Positions 38,203-47,237 of a DNA stretch of 64,000 nucleotides are shown piece by piece. The translations under genes and the position numbers were made by a program. Source of the DNA: an uncultured Lachnospiraceae bacterium (GTDB lineage Bacteria > Bacillota > Clostridia > TANB77 > CAG-508). Every line of letters starts with the position of its first letter. Positions within the stretch are counted from its first letter, which is position 1. Where the stretch lies: the NCBI GenBank assembly GCA_964470175.1, contig CAYYBL010000002.1, forward strand, positions 7,176 through 71,175. The letters run 5' to 3'. Under the pieces are notes generated by a model. It did not search any database. It was not told where the DNA came from and saw only the letters and a program-made list of their open reading frames with translations.

Positions 38203-39249
38203 AAAAAATTCCATAATCTGTTTTTCCATACACTTTTCATATTCTTCTGTACTACATTTTTCAAATTCAACTACTTTATCTATTGTTTTATCTATATCCC
38301 ATTTAGGAGACCAATTGAACGTTTTCTTAAATTTCTCACAATTAAGACTCAAAAAATTGCTTTCATATGGACCATTTTCATTCATACACTCCCATGAGGC
38401 ACCCTTTCCCCATTTTGAGCAAAACATCTCTACAACTTTATTTGTCATAACAATATTATTCACATTTGGTCCAACATTGTATTCTCCACTAAAACCAACA
38501 TCTTCATATTGCATCTTTGCGACTAACATATATGCTCCTAAAGCATCTAATACATGCTGATAAGGTCTTACAGAATTAGGATTTCTCACTAGAATGCTTT
38601 TTCCAGATTTTACCGCTCTTACACAATCAGGAATAATTCTGTCTTTAGCATAATCTCCCCCGCCAAGTACATTTCCTGCTCTCACGGTTGAAATCCCTAT
38701 TTTTTTATCATTAAAAAAAGATTTTTTATAAGAACTTGTAACTAATTCTGAACATGATTTGCTATTTGAATATGGATCAATGCCATTTAGCATATCATCT
38801 TCTTTAAATCCTTCTTTTCTTTCATCATTAAGATAAACCTTATCCGATGTCACATTTACAAAAGATTTAACGGTATCTGAAAGTCTTATACACTCTAGAA
38901 CATTTACCGTTCCAATTACATTAGTTTCATATGTATACACAGGGTCTACATATGATTTACGAACTATAGCTTGTGCAGCTAGATGAAAAACAATTTCTGG
39001 TTTAGCAACATCAAATACTTTTTTTACTTCATCTAAGTTTCTTACATCTCCTTCAATATGTGTCATTTTACTTTCTAACTGAATTAATTTATTCAAAGAT
39101 GGATCTTCTGTGTATCCATTTGAAAATCCATATACTTTGGCTCCAGACATAACCATTATTTTTGAGAGCCAACTACCTTTAAAACCTGTATCACCAGTAA
39201 TTAAAACTCTTTTTCCATTATAAAAATCTAAAATATTATCTTCACTCAT
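38194..39249 (-). CDS. rfbG: CDP-glucose 4,6-dehydratase
   Basis: GKRVLITGDTGFKGSWLS is the extended-SDR signature of CDP-glucose 4,6-dehydratases. Start set at the ATG giving a 4-nt overlap with the rfbF stop; the listed ORF extends 15 codons further. Confidence 0.75.
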   Translation of the reverse strand: MSEDNILDFYNGKRVLITGDTGFKGSWLSKIMVMSGAKVYGFSNGYTEDPSLNKLIQLESKMTHIEGDVRNLDEVKKVFDVAKPEIVFHLAAQAIVRKSYVDPVYTYETNVIGTVNVLECIRLSDTVKSFVNVTSDKVYLNDERKEGFKEDDMLNGIDPYSNSKSCSELVTSSYKKSFFNDKKIGISTVRAGNVLGGGDYAKDRIIPDCVRAVKSGKSILVRNPNSVRPYQHVLDALGAYMLVAKMQYEDVGFSGEYNVGPNVNNIVMTNKVVEMFCSKWGKGASWECMNENGPYESNFLSLNCEKFKKTFNWSPKWDIDKTIDKVVEFEKCSTEEYEKCMEKQIMEFFVL

Positions 39250-39251
39250 AC

Positions 39252-40028
39252 CTAATCTTTCCATACCTTCCATGGTGGATTTGGCTTTTCCCACATACTT
39301 TCCAATTCTTTTTTATCTCTTAGCATATCCATACATTTCCAAAAGCCCTTATGTACGTATGCTGCTATTTGACCATCCCTAGCAAGTTTATCTAGAGGTT
39401 CTCTCTCAAAATATGTTTCATCTCCTTCAATGTAATCTATAACTCCTGGTTCCAAAACCATATAACCACCATTTATTAGTGCATCATCAAATTTATTCTT
39501 TTCCCTAAAATCCTTAACAATGCCATCTTCATTTAAATCAATTATTCCAAACCTTTGTGATGCCTTTACTGCAGTGATTGTCAACAATTTCCCCTTTTCT
39601 TTGTGGTACTTAAGTACATCATTCATATCAACATCACTTAATCCATCACCATATGTCATCATAAAAGTCTTATTTCCAAGATAATCTTTTATCCTCTTTA
39701 ATCTTCCTCCAGTGCCTGTATTTATTCCAGTATCAATTAAAGTAACTTTCCAAGGCTCTGATTTAACCTTATGAACTGTCATCTCATTTTTTTTCAAATC
39801 AAAAGTAACATCCGATGTATGTAAAAAATAATCAGAAAAATACTCTTTGATCATATATCCTTTGTATCCCAAACAAATAATAAATTCGTTAAAGCCTCTT
39901 GCAGAAAATTCCTTCATGATATGCCAAATAATCGGCCTTTCTCCTATTCCAACCATTGGTTTTGGTTTTAAAACACTTTCTTCAGAAATTCTTGTTCCAA
40001 ATCCACCTGCTAAAATCACAACTTTCAT
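39252..40028 (-). CDS. rfbF: glucose-1-phosphate cytidylyltransferase
   Basis: MKVVILAGGFGTRISEESVLKPKPMV nucleotidyltransferase N-terminus and 258 aa typical of RfbF/DdhA. Confidence 0.8.
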   Translation of the reverse strand: MKVVILAGGFGTRISEESVLKPKPMVGIGERPIIWHIMKEFSARGFNEFIICLGYKGYMIKEYFSDYFLHTSDVTFDLKKNEMTVHKVKSEPWKVTLIDTGINTGTGGRLKRIKDYLGNKTFMMTYGDGLSDVDMNDVLKYHKEKGKLLTITAVKASQRFGIIDLNEDGIVKDFREKNKFDDALINGGYMVLEPGVIDYIEGDETYFEREPLDKLARDGQIAAYVHKGFWKCMDMLRDKKELESMWEKPNPPWKVWKD

Positions 40029-40073
40029 ACTTTACTTACCACAGTCAGATAATTATCTAACCTAACCTTTCAC

Positions 40074-40598
40074 TTATTTTTCACGAGCAAAATCTCTTAA
40101 TTCTTTTTTCAGTTCTCTCTTTTTTCTACTACGTACATTCTTACTAGAATACTTTTTTTCATAACGCTCTTTACTTCTACACTCAAATTCCATGGTTTTA
40201 ACATTTACTTGTTTTTTTAAATAATCAACTATCTCAATATCAACCTCATCATAAACACCACCTTTGTACTCTTTGACATGTCTTTGGTAATCTTTTAGCT
40301 TTTTATATGCTATAAATACCATATCCATAAGTTTTTGTACAAATTTAGGTTGCTTATGAAACCAACTATGATTATCATTCGTAAGAAGAGCCCCATTTTC
40401 TATAGAATTGTCACCACCTTTACTTTTCTCTCTTATATGATGATATGTGAGATTTCTTCTATCAAGCTCTCCATTTTCAAGTCTTTTTTGTGAAACATAT
40501 CTTTTTCCATGTTCATACCTTAAATGTAATCTATCAATAAAATCTTCCGGTCCATATAATTCTATGAGTCTTTCTTTTGCTTTTTTATTACTAGCCAT
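40074..40598 (-). CDS. HNH endonuclease family protein
   Basis: LTYHHIREKSKGGDNSIENGALLTNDNHSWFH is an H-N-H motif. K/R-rich C-terminus. Start at the ATG preceded by AGGAT. Confidence 0.65.
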   Translation of the reverse strand: MASNKKAKERLIELYGPEDFIDRLHLRYEHGKRYVSQKRLENGELDRRNLTYHHIREKSKGGDNSIENGALLTNDNHSWFHKQPKFVQKLMDMVFIAYKKLKDYQRHVKEYKGGVYDEVDIEIVDYLKKQVNVKTMEFECRSKERYEKKYSSKNVRSRKKRELKKELRDFAREK

Positions 40599-40757
40599 TA
40601 TCAAACATCCTATACAATTTTCAGATTATCCATCTTTTGTATACTTAAAATTTTTACTCATTGTATCACACTTTATTTAAAAAAAAAATAAAAACTTCAA
40701 AATCGCATTATTAAATATTTTATCAAAATAACAGTCTCTGTAATCCTTATATATCAA

Positions 40758-40784
40758 CCGTTTTGTCTTGCGCCAAATTTGCTA
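40758..40784. repeat. partial copy 3 of the intergenic repeat core (CCGTTTTGTCTTGCGCCAAATTTGCTA)
   Basis: Matches the conserved core ...GTTTTTGTTCTTCGCGCCAAATTTACG of copies 1 and 2 in the same orientation; overlaps the -35 of the promoter below. Confidence 0.4.
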
Positions 40785-40807
40785 TTTTATGTAAACTGTG
40801 GTATAAT
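40779..40807 (+). promoter_or_regulatory. strong sigma-A promoter TTGCTA-N17-TGgTATAAT (extended -10)
   Basis: Read directly: -35 at ~40779-40784, TG at -15/-14, -10 at ~40802-40807. Confidence 0.55.
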
Positions 40808-40813
40808 ATATAT

Positions 40814-41130
40814 ATGTTAGGTAATTACTTTTATATAGTTTTTACCTACATGCAGATTAGTATTTGATAAACGCCATGTATCGTTTGTGGTTTTATCTGC
40901 TTGGTGGGACACAAAAGATAAAGCTATCGCGGGATCCGATAATCTGACTGGCCTATGATGAGTAGATCAGTGGATGGGAATTGGAATTGCCCTCCGAAGC
41001 CAGCGCTTGAGCGATCCATTTATCTCTTTTGAGAGGTACTTGGTTGATAAAAACTTAAAATGTTTTTATCCTCGATTCGAATCTAATCAGCAATTTGGAG
41101 CTATGATGTTTTTATTCATAGCTCTTTTTC
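40814..41130 (+). ncRNA. candidate ~320-nt non-coding transcript (GC-rich structured core ~40870-41030) bounded by a promoter and a Rho-independent terminator (GAGCTATGA/TCATAGCTC + T-run at ~41097-41130)
   Basis: No credible ORF between promoter and terminator; the listed 75-aa ORF runs through the terminator and the next promoter. GC far above the local background. No SRP, RNase P, tmRNA, 6S or common riboswitch consensus recognised. Confidence 0.35.
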
Positions 41131-41153
41131 TTTCCTTTTTTCCAATTAAGCGT

Positions 41154-41182
41154 CTTGATAGTTTACATAATTTGTTGTATAA
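41154..41182 (+). promoter_or_regulatory. sigma-A promoter TTGATA-N17-TATAAT for the ABC exporter gene
   Basis: Near-consensus hexamers with 17-nt spacing, ~140 nt upstream of the 41322 start codon. Confidence 0.55.
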
Positions 41183-41236
41183 TGTTATTAACTCTATTTG
41201 AGTCACTTTTGTGGACTTCCACAAAACAATATTTAG

Positions 41237-41293
41237 GATGAAAGGAGTATTATTATTCAATAGTAGCACCGCTACTTTCGCATATAATCTGTA
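41237..41293 (+). CDS. candidate 18-codon leader mini-ORF (MKGVLLFNSSTATFAYNL) in the ABC gene 5' UTR
   Basis: ATG preceded by a weak TAGG and followed by an internal AAAGGAG. Stops 28 nt before the ABC start codon. Contains a small hairpin GTAGCaccGCTAC. Confidence 0.25.
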
Positions 41294-41321
41294 AATTATA
41301 TCTCATTAGGAGGAAGAAAAC

Positions 41322-43124
41322 ATGAAAAAACTATTTACAATATTTATGAAAACTAATTTTCATGCAATTGAACGGTCAGAAGAAGTAAAAAAAGCATCAA
41401 AGCAAGTTTCATTCTTTATAATCCTGTCGGTAATAGTTCCAAGTATTGTTTCATTTTTTGTGAAATTTGCTCAGATTTCAATGAATAACGGACATATTTT
41501 TGCTTCGGTTTTATTCCTTGTAATCTATTTTGGATCTAAAACCATTTTTTCCCTGGCGAATACCTATACGGCATATCTTGATAATACATATCAACAAATC
41601 GCTGCTGGTGAAGAAACAAATATTATTATCGATATATCAAACAAGGTAAGGGGAAAAGTTTTTAAGGAAGAAACTCCTGGATTGTTAAAAGCTTACGAAG
41701 TTCCTGAAATAATAAAAAAAGTTAAGGATTTCATTGACGATACCTGGCGGCTATATATAAAACTACCAGTTATCATCTGCCAGGTATTAACACTGATTGG
41801 AATGCTTATAATTTCTATCGGCTTAGAGATCACTAATGCTTCTGTTTCTGAAGGAATCATTATTCTCTTATTTATGATAATCTGTATTGTTTTATACATA
41901 TTTATCACCAATAAAAGGATTCATATCTTTAAAGAATACAGAAAAAAGCGCAAAGAAAATGAATCAAAAGTCGAAAAGAGTTATACGGCAATTAAACATT
42001 CTGACTATATCTCAGATGGTGATTTTTACTATCATTCAAAAAAGCTTCGCGAAGAGGTAATTGATGAAAGAGAAACAGTAAAAACAGAGCGTCTCCGTTT
42101 GGACTATATGTTCGTATACAGAGCTCTAATATCTTCTGGACTTATGATACTTATCATGTTCATGAAGTTTCTGTTGGTTTCTGAAATTAATACATCTGTT
42201 TTTTTAGATGTAATAGCTCTATCATCAATTTTTTCTTCCATTTTGAACACTATCAGCGATATGGTTTCGAATTATGAAACGTACATGGATATTTGTATAG
42301 ACATAGAAACTCTTTATCCAGAAGTTTCCAATATTATAAATACTTACAATAAAGAAAAAGAAATCAAAGAGTACTCTGGAAAAGCTGTGACTGTAACTGT
42401 AAATCCATTTCAAGTTTCATACTCTCCAACAGCATGCGACCTGGAATACCAGCTTGTTAATGAATCTGTTATAAAATTAGAAAAAGGAAAACTATATTTT
42501 GCTCATGGTCACACTGGATGTGGAAAAAGCACTTTTTTCAAATTTATAACAGGGGCAATTGCATGTAAGTTTTCTCCTATCGTGATAAATGATGGTATAA
42601 TTGGAAGATTAAAAAGCCTCATGTATCAAACAGATAGAGTCTTATTCAATGGATATGTCTTAAACGAAATTACTCTCACAGACAATCCGGAAGAAATGTC
42701 TCTTCAGAAAGTTCTTGATATTTTGAAAGGACTCCATCTTTACCACGAGATACTTTCGATTGTTTCTCCTTCTGAAAATAGTAACACTATTCTCAGAATA
42801 CAGGAAAATGATAAGAAAGTTATTGACTTCTTAAAAAATCATAAAGCACAAGAGTTTTCATCAGGCCAAATGCAAAGACTCGCTCTTTGTAAACTTCTAT
42901 ATAACCTTGATGAAAGCATACAACTTGTTGCTCTAGATGAACCTGATAACCGGTTGGACCGTGAGACAGCAATTTCATGTATGAATTATGTCGTAAATTT
43001 CGTGAAGAAGTTTGACATAATCTTATTGGTAGCTAGTCACAATATTCCATACTGGCAGGAAGTAGCAAATTGTAAGTTTTCTTTCAGAGAGGATAGCGGA
43101 AAATACTATATTCATGCATCCTAA
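41322..43124 (+). CDS. ABC transporter, fused permease/ATP-binding protein (exporter type)
   Basis: N-terminal ~330 aa with 5-6 TM helices. C-terminal NBD has Walker A GHTGCGKST, signature FSSGQMQRL, Walker B LVALDEPDNRLD and H-loop ASHN. Divergent motifs and slightly elevated GC. Confidence 0.75.
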   Translation: MKKLFTIFMKTNFHAIERSEEVKKASKQVSFFIILSVIVPSIVSFFVKFAQISMNNGHIFASVLFLVIYFGSKTIFSLANTYTAYLDNTYQQIAAGEETNIIIDISNKVRGKVFKEETPGLLKAYEVPEIIKKVKDFIDDTWRLYIKLPVIICQVLTLIGMLIISIGLEITNASVSEGIIILLFMIICIVLYIFITNKRIHIFKEYRKKRKENESKVEKSYTAIKHSDYISDGDFYYHSKKLREEVIDERETVKTERLRLDYMFVYRALISSGLMILIMFMKFLLVSEINTSVFLDVIALSSIFSSILNTISDMVSNYETYMDICIDIETLYPEVSNIINTYNKEKEIKEYSGKAVTVTVNPFQVSYSPTACDLEYQLVNESVIKLEKGKLYFAHGHTGCGKSTFFKFITGAIACKFSPIVINDGIIGRLKSLMYQTDRVLFNGYVLNEITLTDNPEEMSLQKVLDILKGLHLYHEILSIVSPSENSNTILRIQENDKKVIDFLKNHKAQEFSSGQMQRLALCKLLYNLDESIQLVALDEPDNRLDRETAISCMNYVVNFVKKFDIILLVASHNIPYWQEVANCKFSFREDSGKYYIHAS

Positions 43125-43135
43125 ATTCTGATAAA

Positions 43136-43170
43136 AGAAGAGCCTTTGCAGACTTGCAAGGCTCTTCTGT
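43136..43170. terminator. bidirectional terminator (AGAAGAGCCTTtGCA/TGCAAGGCTCTTCT)
   Basis: 14-bp stem with one bulge, between the convergent ABC gene and the HIT gene. Confidence 0.6.
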
Positions 43171-43173
43171 AAT

Positions 43174-43524
43174 TTATAACAATTTTTCTCCTACTTTTAT
43201 GCCACCTATCATATGTATATGAAAATGCTTTACTGTTTGTCCTGCATCCTCACCACAATTATTTACGAGTCTATATCCTGACTCACTCACTCCACATATT
43301 TTAGCAATTTCTGGAATTTTTTCGAAAATAATTTTTATACATTCACTATTTTCACTATTTACTTCATTTGCACTAGAAATATGTGTTTTTGGAATAATAA
43401 TTACATGTACTGGAGCAACTGGATTTATGTCTTTAAAAGCAAGTACATTTTCATCCTCGTATACTTTAGTACTTGGAATTTCTCCTTTTATTATTTTACA
43501 AAATAAACAATTTTCATCATACAT
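43174..43524 (-). CDS. HIT family protein (histidine-triad nucleotide-binding)
   Basis: HFHIHMIGG is an HxHxHxx triad and CLFCKI the N-terminal motif. Start at the internal ATG with RBS AAGGAG. Confidence 0.75.
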   Translation of the reverse strand: MYDENCLFCKIIKGEIPSTKVYEDENVLAFKDINPVAPVHVIIIPKTHISSANEVNSENSECIKIIFEKIPEIAKICGVSESGYRLVNNCGEDAGQTVKHFHIHMIGGIKVGEKLL

Positions 43525-43593
43525 TTTTATAATCTCCTTTACATTTTTCAACACTTTACTTATATTATTAATTTGAAAAAAAGTAAATAATTC

Positions 43594-45981
43594 TTAAACA
43601 ATTCTATTTAAATTTCCTGATGTATATTCCTTTCCTTCAAATCTCTCTCCCATTCTTACTTTATTTATGATTTCTTGAATCGTCTCTAAACCCTCATCTA
43701 TTATATCAATTCTATAATTATAACTACTAAAATCCTTCGTTTTAATTGATGTTATCTTTGAATTATATAATGTTGAAATTGTTTGAATATTATCAAGTAT
43801 TAATGGAAAATCAAACCCCATTCTGTCTCTCAAATATATATGATTATTTTCTCTACATAATTTTGTACATCCACTAAAGCACTTATTACTCTTTCCTATT
43901 AAACAATAACTCATATTCATAAGAGGAGTCCTTCCATATACTATGATATCCTTTTCACCATTCATCTTATTTAATCTTTCTAAATCAAGTTCTGGAGATG
44001 CTGTAATTCTACTTATGCCTAGTTTATGAAGTTCATCTACGGTATAGTTATTAAAAATATTTAAAGTATAATTTGCAATAATTTTCTTAGTATTATCTAT
44101 CATACCTATCTCAGAAATATTAGAAACAATATATCCTTTTGAAATATCTAAAATATCATTTTTCAAATAATTATAATAGTTTGATTTCATAATTGTAGGC
44201 ATATACACATATAAATCATACTTTTTTGATAGCTCTTTAAATTTTGAAAAAAACTCATTAGTCCAAAATTTTAGAGGAATATATAAGTTTTTTATACCAT
44301 CTAAATCTTCATATTTTACCTTATTATCAACATTATTTAGTAAAACTGAAATATCTCCAATTTGATACTTTTTTTCATTTTTTATTAGAGAAAATTTCTC
44401 AAACTCAATATTTGAAGTTCTTCTAGAGGAAAAAGTAATTTGTTCTTCCATTTTTTTAATTGCTTCACGTCTTAGTTCATTAAGCTCTTTTATATTTGGA
44501 ATAAAAATGTCCGAATCCATGCAAGCCTCTATTGTTTCGATTAAAAAAGCTGAATTTGATATTTTAGATAATTGTTCGATAACTTTTTCTTGCGTTAAAG
44601 GCTTATTTAAAGCCTTTTCAAGCAGAATTTCCTTATTCAAAACCACGCTATAATTTTCTGAAGTAACCTCTAGACAAACTGGTTTTCCACGGTTTATAGA
44701 AATTTTCATTTTTATTTTCATATTTTTAATTTGAGAATTATTATCGTATGATTTTTTTAGCTTTAAATTAAGATTTTTCGATGACATCTTATATATTTTA
44801 TCGTCTATTTGTATATTTCCCTTCATTCTTCCAATAGTAATAACATCATTTTTACTTGCCACCTTAATATTATTTCCATCTTTAATCATTTCAGAGACTG
44901 TATATGTACCTGTTTCTCTTTGAATTGAAATAGTATCACCAATTTCTAAATTTATGTTTTTCCACATATCTTCATCAATTTGTGAATTCTGCATCTTAAA
45001 ATTTATAAGTCCCTTTTCCTTATTTATACTTTTAACTACACCTATACATAATCCCATATTATTTGGTTTTTCTTTAAATATAAGATTATTATTTTCTTTC
45101 AAATGGCCATAAGAAAAATTTCCTCTATTAAAAACTTGCATAAGTTCATATAAATCTTTTTTATCAACTATATATGAACTACCAGATTGCGCCATATCTA
45201 TATATTTTCTATATATCCTTGTAACTGCCGCCACATACTCTGGTGGTTTCATTCTTCCTTCTATTTTAAAAGATTTTACCCCAGCTTTTATAAGACGTGG
45301 AATATAATCTAGTGAACAAAAATCTCTTGGGCTGAGCAAATACCCCTCATCCATTCTTGTTTTATTTTCAAAAAGTTCATATGGTAGTCTACATGCTTGC
45401 GCGCATTTTCCTCTATTTCCACTTCTTCCTCCAACCATACTAGAAAAAAGACATTGACCTGAATATGATATACAAAGTGCACCATGTATGAAACACTCTA
45501 TTTCTATTTTTGAATTTTTACATATGTATTCAATCTCTTCCATGGATAGTTCTCTTGAAAGAACCACTCTTTTAAATCCTAATTTTTCTGCTTCTAATAC
45601 TTCTTCTAAATTATGTATCGTCATCTGAGTACTTGCATGTATATCCATATCTGGGAAACTATCAATAAGAATTTTTGCAAAGCCAAGATCTTGGACTATT
45701 ATCGCATCAACTCCTATTTCATAAGCTGCCTTTGCAAGATTAAATGCTTCTTCAATCTCATCATCTTTTAACAGGATATTAATAGTTAGATTAGTTTTTA
45801 CATTTCTTAATTTACAATAATTAACAACTTCCTTAATTTCTTCTATATCAAAATTTGCAGCTGATGCCCTTGCACTAAACATCTTACTTCCAAAATATAT
45901 ACAATTTGCACCATTTTGCACAGCAGCTCTTACACAATCCATATCTCCACATGGAGAAAGAAGTTCTATATCGTCCACCAT
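43594..45981 (-). CDS. peptidase U32 family protein (collagenase-like)
   Basis: N-terminal LLSPCGDMDCVRAAVQNGANCIYFGSKMFSARA and EIECFIHGALCISYSGQCLFSS are U32 signatures; 795 aa with a C-terminal extension. Confidence 0.75.
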   Translation of the reverse strand: MVDDIELLSPCGDMDCVRAAVQNGANCIYFGSKMFSARASAANFDIEEIKEVVNYCKLRNVKTNLTINILLKDDEIEEAFNLAKAAYEIGVDAIIVQDLGFAKILIDSFPDMDIHASTQMTIHNLEEVLEAEKLGFKRVVLSRELSMEEIEYICKNSKIEIECFIHGALCISYSGQCLFSSMVGGRSGNRGKCAQACRLPYELFENKTRMDEGYLLSPRDFCSLDYIPRLIKAGVKSFKIEGRMKPPEYVAAVTRIYRKYIDMAQSGSSYIVDKKDLYELMQVFNRGNFSYGHLKENNNLIFKEKPNNMGLCIGVVKSINKEKGLINFKMQNSQIDEDMWKNINLEIGDTISIQRETGTYTVSEMIKDGNNIKVASKNDVITIGRMKGNIQIDDKIYKMSSKNLNLKLKKSYDNNSQIKNMKIKMKISINRGKPVCLEVTSENYSVVLNKEILLEKALNKPLTQEKVIEQLSKISNSAFLIETIEACMDSDIFIPNIKELNELRREAIKKMEEQITFSSRRTSNIEFEKFSLIKNEKKYQIGDISVLLNNVDNKVKYEDLDGIKNLYIPLKFWTNEFFSKFKELSKKYDLYVYMPTIMKSNYYNYLKNDILDISKGYIVSNISEIGMIDNTKKIIANYTLNIFNNYTVDELHKLGISRITASPELDLERLNKMNGEKDIIVYGRTPLMNMSYCLIGKSNKCFSGCTKLCRENNHIYLRDRMGFDFPLILDNIQTISTLYNSKITSIKTKDFSSYNYRIDIIDEGLETIQEIINKVRMGERFEGKEYTSGNLNRIV

Positions 45982-46104
45982 TATATAAATCCTCGCATTA
46001 ATTTTTTATTATTTAATATATCAAATTTCTATTGTATTATCAATACTTTCAAGTTTTTATATCTTTACTTACATTTTTTTCAGCAAAACCTTTATAAAAA
46101 AATG

Positions 46105-46133
46105 TTGACATTTAAGATGTTTGCCGTTATAAT
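46105..46133 (+). promoter_or_regulatory. consensus sigma-A promoter TTGACA-N17-TATAAT for the tRNA gene
   Basis: Perfect hexamers and spacing read directly, ~20 nt upstream of the tRNA. Confidence 0.6.
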
Positions 46134-46151
46134 ATTATATGTTAAGTGAAT

Positions 46152-46227
<76 letters not shown>

Positions 46228-46231
46228 AATC

Positions 46232-46266
46232 ATAGCAAGTCTTTCGAGATTTGCTATTTTTATTTT
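46232..46266 (+). terminator. Rho-independent terminator after the tRNA (ATAGCAA/TTGCTAT + TTTTTATTTT)
   Basis: 7-bp stem, 11-nt loop, T-run; followed by the CCGGCCAAAACCGGCC palindromic repeat (46279-46294). Confidence 0.55.
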
Positions 46267-46348
46267 GAAGAAAAAAAACCGGCCAAAACCGGCCAAAATT
46301 TACAAATTATACATCAATAGAATACGAATTGTTATCATCATAAAAAAT

Positions 46349-46370
46349 GCTCCCTAACCCGAAGGCTAGG
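46349..46370 (+). repeat. remnant copy of the tRNA-Met 3' half (GCTCCCTAACCCGAAGGCTAGG versus tRNA GCTCATAACCCGAAGGTCGTAGG)
   Basis: ~20/27 identity including the exact 11-mer TAACCCGAAGG, ~130 nt downstream of the intact tRNA; possible remnant att-site duplication. Confidence 0.35.
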
Positions 46371-46397
46371 AAGCACCCTCTGATAGACAAGAATTCT

Positions 46398-47003
46398 TTA
46401 GGTTTCCGCCTGCAGAATCTCATCCAACACCAGTTTGCAAAGATCGTCAGGAGAAATCAGAGTGGTATCGCAAGATACAATTTTTGTTCCATCTGAAATC
46501 TTGCTAAAAAATGCATTCTGAAAAGCAAGATATTTATCCAGGAAATCGTTCTTTGAATACACTGCAACTTCTCCAGACATTTCCATACGCCGCCTAACTG
46601 ACTCTTCAACGGAGACATTGACCAAGAAAACCAAGTCTGGTTTCAGCTCATATGTGTCCCGAATTTCATTCAAAATCTTAGTCATAGCTTCAGACTCTTT
46701 TTTCGAACAAATCCCCTGCTTACCCATAAAGCTTGCCCAAAACAAGGCATCATATAATCCTCGGTCCATCAAAACAAAATCGCTGTTAGAGTGATGTGCG
46801 TGAATGAGGGACTGAAGTTGTCCAAAAGTAATCCACATGTTCCTGTGCCACGTCTTTTTAGGGATGATAGAAGGAACAATCTCGGCATCTTCACGCATGA
46901 CCTCAACAGAGTAGTTAAGGTTAGGGAGAGCTCCAGCTAACCGGTGTATCAGAGTTGTCTTACCAGAATTAGGCAGTCCGGTAAATTCAATGATTTTAGG
47001 CAT
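46398..47003 (-). CDS. P-loop NTPase / predicted nucleoside(tide) kinase-like protein (AAA_33-like)
   Basis: Walker A GLPNSGKTTL, DRG Walker-B-like motif and RRR lid. Start at the internal ATG with RBS GGAGGG. GC clearly elevated. Confidence 0.55.
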   Translation of the reverse strand: MPKIIEFTGLPNSGKTTLIHRLAGALPNLNYSVEVMREDAEIVPSIIPKKTWHRNMWITFGQLQSLIHAHHSNSDFVLMDRGLYDALFWASFMGKQGICSKKESEAMTKILNEIRDTYELKPDLVFLVNVSVEESVRRRMEMSGEVAVYSKNDFLDKYLAFQNAFFSKISDGTKIVSCDTTLISPDDLCKLVLDEILQAET

Positions 47004-47237
47004 AATTAGACCCTCCAATATGTACAACACCATCAACGAGTGACTGTAAAATGATAACACAGAAAGCTTTAAAAAGCAACTAATTGATTATATTTTCAAT
47101 AATTCAAAGCATTTTTATATATAATTTTGACAAATAATAAAAATCGTGCTACAATAATTGTACGTTTGTTCGCATCTATGCGAAGCAATTGCATGTAGTA
47201 ACAGGTAAATCTCAAACAATTGTTAGGAGGTACACGG

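Noticed and set aside
38117-38560. 147-aa plus-strand ORF overlapping repeat copy 2 and the rfbG 3' end
   Set aside because: Antisense to rfbG, starts inside the repeat element, and has a low-complexity product.
40814-41130. Assignment of the candidate ncRNA to SRP RNA, RNase P RNA, tmRNA, 6S RNA, or the cobalamin, SAM, lysine, glycine, c-di-AMP or glmS elements
   Set aside because: Checked by eye for hallmark motifs: SRP domain IV GGAAGCAGC, RNase P P4 AGGAAAGUCC, tmRNA GGGG 5' end with CCA tail, B12 box, SAM GGNGGAGGGA, glycine CACCGAAGGGGCAA. None present beyond short chance matches such as CCGAAGCC and CCACTG.
40974-41201. 75-aa ORF in the candidate ncRNA region
   Set aside because: It reads through the terminator hairpin (its F/L-rich stretch is just the T-run translated) and across the next promoter, with no SD. 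Treated as non-coding.
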